DNA of 64,000 nucleotides from Eledone cirrhosa (Eukaryota), in the NCBI GenBank assembly GCA_964016885.1, contig OZ024745.1:86676001-86740000 (forward strand). Reading direction: 5' to 3'. The first letter of the stretch is position 1, and each line of letters starts with the position of its first letter. Under the pieces are notes generated by a model that was not told the DNA's origin, did not search any database, and worked only from the letters and a program-made list of their open reading frames with translations. Below, piece by piece: positions 58,867 to 64,000 of this stretch. Position numbers and translations under genes: made by a program.

Positions 58867-59767
58867 GCCAAATAAAAAAAAAAATTCTTGAAATACCAAA
58901 AATCGAATTTTGTTACATACGATTTATACATTTAAATAAAAAAAAAGGTTTCCTCAGAGACCTACTTTTGGCCGCTTGTATTCGTGATCGTATTCTTTCA
59001 CTCGATAGAGTAGAGTGCGTAGCTCGGAGATCAGAGAGTCACTCTAGGCAGAGTCGCTCCGATACTATGGGCATATGGTTAGAATGTCTCAGGAAAGAAT
59101 CGCTGGACATATTTTACGGACAAAACCAACCGACAGGAGACCCAGGGGTAGACCCCAAGCAAGATGGTTTGATAGTATCCATGAGCTTGGCTGGTCTCGC
59201 TTGGGGATCTAGTTGGAACTATTCCAGTGTCCGATGTGGCTTGCTATACCATGCAGGCCACATTGGAATAGTTACTTTATTTTCCTCGGAAGAAGAGAAA
59301 TTAATCTCGAAATATCAGGACATATGAATAAATTAAGGTAAAAAAATAAAACAAGCCCTGTTTCTTACGATTTAATTATTCTCCGTCCAAACCTGCATTG
59401 TCGTGGCTTTCAAACTTCGGATTTCTTTAGATTAATTAAAATGTATTTCTGTTCGGTAAGTTAATCCAAATATTAAAATAAAACTTGTTTTCCAAGGTTT
59501 GTTGATATTTCCCATTTATTTTCAAATATCTTGATTAGGTTTACGCAACATAAGACTCCGGAGAGAAAACGAAACAGAATTTCGCTAGAATTTTGTAAAT
59601 CACGCTAAGCAAAAATTGATTACATATACAGAGGCCCAAATAAATTAAATGAAACCTGCCAAATTGAAATCAATAAATAATATCCATTTCACATAAATAT
59701 GTAAATGCACCCATTTACACCAAGTGTGAATTCTACTGGAATTTACACACACACACACGCACGCACG

Positions 59768-59799
<32 letters not shown>

Positions 59800-59880
59800 A
59801 ATATATATACACACACATATATATAGTTATAATAAATCTGAAGGGAGCTCAATTTTCAGAAGATTCCGTATAGGGTGAAA

Positions 59881-59908
59881 CTACTACTACTACTACTACT
59901 ACTACTAG

Positions 59909-59967
<59 letters not shown>

Positions 59968-59982
59968 TATAGTAGTAGTAGT
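59881..59982. repeat. (CTA)n microsatellite with short inverted (TAG)n tail
   Basis: Visible run, directly following a truncated CAGAAGA..GAAA motif. Confidence 0.9.
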
Positions 59983-60152
59983 ATATATATCTGTATACAG
60001 CTATGCCTGAAGCTAAATTATAATTCTATTCTAATTTGAGTCAACTTATACAGCTTCATATGCAAATGACATTAATCACCTCATTTACACAGAATAGAAA
60101 ACTATATATTCTCGCCTGTTTTCAAAGTCCAGCAGTTGCTAGAGTGGGAGGG

Positions 60153-60198
60153 ATCGCGCTGATGAGGAGCAGTTCAGTTCGAAATGTGCATCCACGAT
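60153..60198 (+). ncRNA. Type I hammerhead in a roughly 339-bp, 1.1-copy unit (59986-60365)
   Basis: atcgcg CTGATGA ggagcagttcagttc GAAA tgtgca TC cacgat; extended stem tccagcag/ctgctgga, gctag/ctagc, gggag/ctccc; terminal direct repeat at 59991/60330. Confidence 0.68.
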
Positions 60199-60359
60199 TG
60201 TCTCCCTAGCTTCTGCTGGACACCGTCAGACGGCGTTAGTCGGTAGTGTTTTGGCATAGCTACTGCTCTCTAAATGTTTATTTATAAACATACCGTATTT
60301 CTTCTGCAATACGAAATTCTAATACATATCTGTATACAACTATGCCTGAAGTTAAATTG

Positions 60360-60527
<168 letters not shown>

Positions 60528-61002
60528 ATATATATATATATGTATATATATCTATATATGTGTATATATATATTTATATATATACACATGCATATATGGG
60601 CTGGTGTTTGGATTCTGTCGATCGATTGGTTATTGATTAGACGATACCCGCTGATAGAGCCGCATAAGCCGATTGTGCATTGTTGCATAATATATGCAGA
60701 CGGATGGTGCAGTGCACCTTACTGCTGCATTATGGAAGAACTCTACGAGTTATGGAAGAATTGTTGAAGAAACTTAGTTCCTGATCCTTCTGTATTCCGG
60801 AGTGTATATAAAGAATGAATAATAACAGGTAGACATCATAAAAAGGTAATTTATTCCGTGTGCTTACAAATGTTTCCACGGTGGTACTACAGCCTAGTTA
60901 TGCTATGTGCAAATTTACAAGTATTTGCAGAACTCAAATATCCAATGCTGTGACCACTGTATCCTCAGAGCAGATTCTGCTCTGTATCCTCAGAGCAGAT
61001 TC

Positions 61003-61114
61003 TGCTCTGAGGATACAGTGGTCACAGCATTGGATATTTGAGTTCTGCAAATACTTGTAAATTTGCACATAGCATAACTAGGCTGTAGTACCACCGTGGA
61101 AACATTTGTAAGCA
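61003..61114 (+). ncRNA. Type I hammerhead with extended stem II in palindrome 60805-61170 (minus copy 60861-60971)
   Basis: tgct CTGAGGA tacagtggt..accaccgtg GAAAC attt GTA agca. Confidence 0.65.
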
Positions 61115-61192
61115 CACGGAATAAATTACCTTTTTATGATGTCTACCTGTTATTATTCATTCTTTATATAAATATATATATATATATATATA

Positions 61193-62497
61193 CATTATGA
61201 AGAGAGAAGAAACATTTAGATATAATTAGTAATAAAATGTATCATACCTAAACTGTTCCTGGGTGCGGATGCATTCATGTATATATGTGTGTGTCCGCAT
61301 GTATCTGTGTGTTTCTAAATATATTAATAACTCCCTCTGGTCGAGCAATCTTTGAAGTGTGGGGACAACTGGAAAGCTTCCATTACTCATACTTCTCGCC
61401 TTCTTCACTACCTCTTCTACGGCCTCGATATGAATGCCCCCTCCGCCTCCGTGGTATTTTCTTCGTGGTTATAAGAGGCTTAGCTCTGTTTCTCGACCGT
61501 TATATCGCGTGACCGTCTCCCCCTCCGCCTTTTGGGATTCTTTCTCACGTCGTGTAGACGCGTTCTTGAGACTAGTAAAATGAGGTATCCTCTTGATAAG
61601 TCGGCAGACCTCGCAAGGACTCTATATCTTTGATATATTGTTTTTGTTTATGCCACGAAACTACGTAGTCGAGGAATTTAGGAACAGTTTAGGTATGATA
61701 CATTTTATTACTAATTATATCTAAATGTTTCTTCTCTCTTCATAATGTATTTTTAACTCTGATACTGGTTCAGTCTGGTTCAAACTGAATTGGTCTGTCC
61801 CAGTCATTCATTGAGCAACATCGGTGAAGTTGGCACCCTTAACTCACAGTTGGGTGCGGATGCATTCATGTATATATGTGTGTGTCCGCATGTATCTGTG
61901 TGTTTCTAAATATATTAATAACTCCCTCTGGTCGAGCAATCTTTGAAGTGTGGGGACAACTGGAAAGCTTCCATTACTCATACTTCTCGCCTTCTTCACT
62001 ACCTCTTCTACGGCCTCGATATGAATGCCCCCTCCGCCTCCGTGGTATTTTCTTCGTGGTTATAAGAGGCTTAGCTCTGTTTCTCGACCGTTATATCGCG
62101 TGACCGTCTCCCCCTCCGCCTTTTGGGATTCTTTCTCACGTCGTGTAGACGCGTTCTTGAGACTAGTAAAATGAGGTATCCTCTTGATAAGTCGGCAGAC
62201 CTCGCAAGGACTCTATATCTTTGATATATTGTTTTTGTTTATGCCACGAAACTACGTAGTCGAGGAATTTAGGAACAGTTTAGGTATGATACATTTTATT
62301 ACTAATTATATCTAAATGTTTCTTCTCTCTTCATAATGTATTTTTAACTCTGATACTGGTTCAGTCTGGTTCAAACTGAATTGGTCTGTCCCAGTCATTC
62401 ATTGAGCAACATCGGTGAAGTTGGCACCCTTAACTCACAGTTGGGTGCGGATGCATTCATGTATATATGTGTGTGTCCGCATGTATCTGTGTGTTTC

Positions 62498-62502
<5 letters not shown>
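61193..62502 (+). repeat. About 2.1 copies of a 591-bp unit with a U3-A8 hammerhead (61588-61675, 62179-62266), preceded by a short inverted piece (61193-61259)
   Basis: Identical ORFs at 61285 and 61876; tcctc TTGATAA gtcggca..tgccac GAAAC tacgta GTC gagga. Confidence 0.85.
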
Positions 62503-62548
<46 letters not shown>

Positions 62549-63116
62549 TTAAAATCACATAATTCTTCTCTTATTACTGTTATATATGCTTGTACAATTA
62601 TGCCCAAAATTCGAGGATTTTATTTAAACCTTCTCGCTAAAATAAACCTGTTGCGAGTACGAAACTCATAATTCGCCAACCCCTTATTTCTGGCTAGGCT
62701 GCTCGCTCGCCCGGTTAAATGTAACGTACAAATGCTATTTTCTTTACTCTTCTCTCCATTTTTCCCCTGGTCCATTCATCTATCTGTATCATATCCGTCC
62801 CACCCGCCCCGAATCACCACCATTATTACGTGGACCAATCATAAGTCAGCGGCATATGCTATCACTTCTTAAGTTTAGACCTGGTTGCCTTTCGATATGA
62901 TGGATGGACTACGGAATTCTGGAGAGTTTGAAAAGAAAAAATCTGGACACTCAGTGACAATGCTAAAGATAAAGACAAATTCACCTCATGCTGCCGGACG
63001 AGAATGCAAGGACTCCTCCTCTTTATTTCGGCCGCGGATGGCTAACATAACCCCCCCCCCCTAGGCCCCGCCGTTCCCACCCTCCAAACGCAATCCAAAA
63101 CTTTAGAGTTGGTACC

Positions 63117-64000
63117 ATGAATGTAGGCACCTTAAAAGGTCGCTCTAACGAGGTTGTAGAAATGCTTGAACGTAAGGAGGTCGATGTTTGGTGTATTCAA
63201 GAGACCAGTTGGAGGGGTAGGTCTGCTAGATTCATTGTGGGTAAAAAACGATGCTATAAGCTTTTCTGGCTGGGAAATGACAATGGGCTGGATGGAATAG
63301 GAATCATGGTAGCAGAAAAGTGGGCAGATAAGATAATAGGCGTAAATAGAGTGAACGACAGAATAATTAAAATAAGACTTGTCCTCAATAGAACTACTGT
63401 GACAATAATATCTGCATATGCACCCCAATCCGGACTACCTGGCGTTATAAAAGACAGATTCTATGAGTCGCTAATGCTCACTACCTCCCAAATAACCGAC
63501 AGTGACTATATAATTATCGCTGGCGACCTAAATGGTCACATTGGACAACATTGTGACGGCTATGACGGAATCCATGGAGGATATGGGTTTGGTACTAGAA
63601 ATGAGGAAGACTCCAAAATCCTGGAATTCTGTGACGCAAATAACCTAACTATCTGTAACACTAACTTCAAAAAACCAGACAATCACTTGATCACCTATAG
63701 ATCAGAGGAACACACCAGCCAGATAGATTATATCCTTACCAGAAGACGTGACAGAGTGTCTGTTGTAAACACTAAATCCCTCCCCCATGAAGAATGCACC
63801 TCTCAACATAGACTCATAATTAGCGATCTCAGTCATGACGAGACGTACTCGACAACAGAGGAGGACTATCCTCAGGAGAAAAATATGGAAGCTAAAGGAC
63901 CCCACAGCCAGTAATAAATTTAAAAGCATATTACTTGATGCTTTTGATAGTAAGGAAGAGCAATTAGAGTCGTACATTATAGAGGAACAGTGGGAATTCC
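63117..64000 (+). pseudogene. APE endonuclease domain of an RTE LINE related to the 10967-13999 element; frameshift near 63830; continues beyond the window
   Basis: MNVGTLKGRS, CIQETSW, SAYAPQ, GDLNGHIG, QIDYIL, QHRLIISD. Confidence 0.9.

Noticed and set aside
58710-59327. 205-aa ORF
   Set aside because: Starts in the 29-bp minisatellite; no recognisable domain or splice evidence
62980-63052. HDV-like ribozyme in the 5' UTR of the last RTE
   Set aside because: Could not assign consistent P1-P3 pairings by eye

Overview
AT-rich eukaryotic (animal) intergenic or intronic DNA, saturated with (TA)n, (CA)n and (TG)n microsatellites. I see no host gene. The SINE type and repeat landscape suggest a cephalopod mollusc (Octopus-like); this is inference. 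Recognisable elements: three APE-RT non-LTR retrotransposons of the RTE clade (one degenerate and GC-rich, one with an intact 1010-aa ORF carrying a PHD-like finger inside the RT region, one running off the window end); four degenerate Penelope-like element (PLE) coding remnants (RT and/or GIY-YIG); tRNA-derived SINEs; and a mariner-derived MITE. The main signal, not shown by the ORF track, is a dense population of type I hammerhead ribozyme (HHR) motifs: more than 30 copies read by eye, from well over a dozen sequence families. They sit in PLE pseudo-LTR remnants, in fold-back insertions in (TA)n tracts, and in non-coding head-to-tail arrays (units about 484, 317, 310 and 591 bp) that look like non-LTR retrozymes. 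Several families carry non-canonical cores: compensatory U3-A8, U4A, U.U at the base of stem II, and a possibly permuted core. All folds were assigned by manual base-pairing, none computed or tested. Most ORFs in the track are microsatellite or antisense artefacts.
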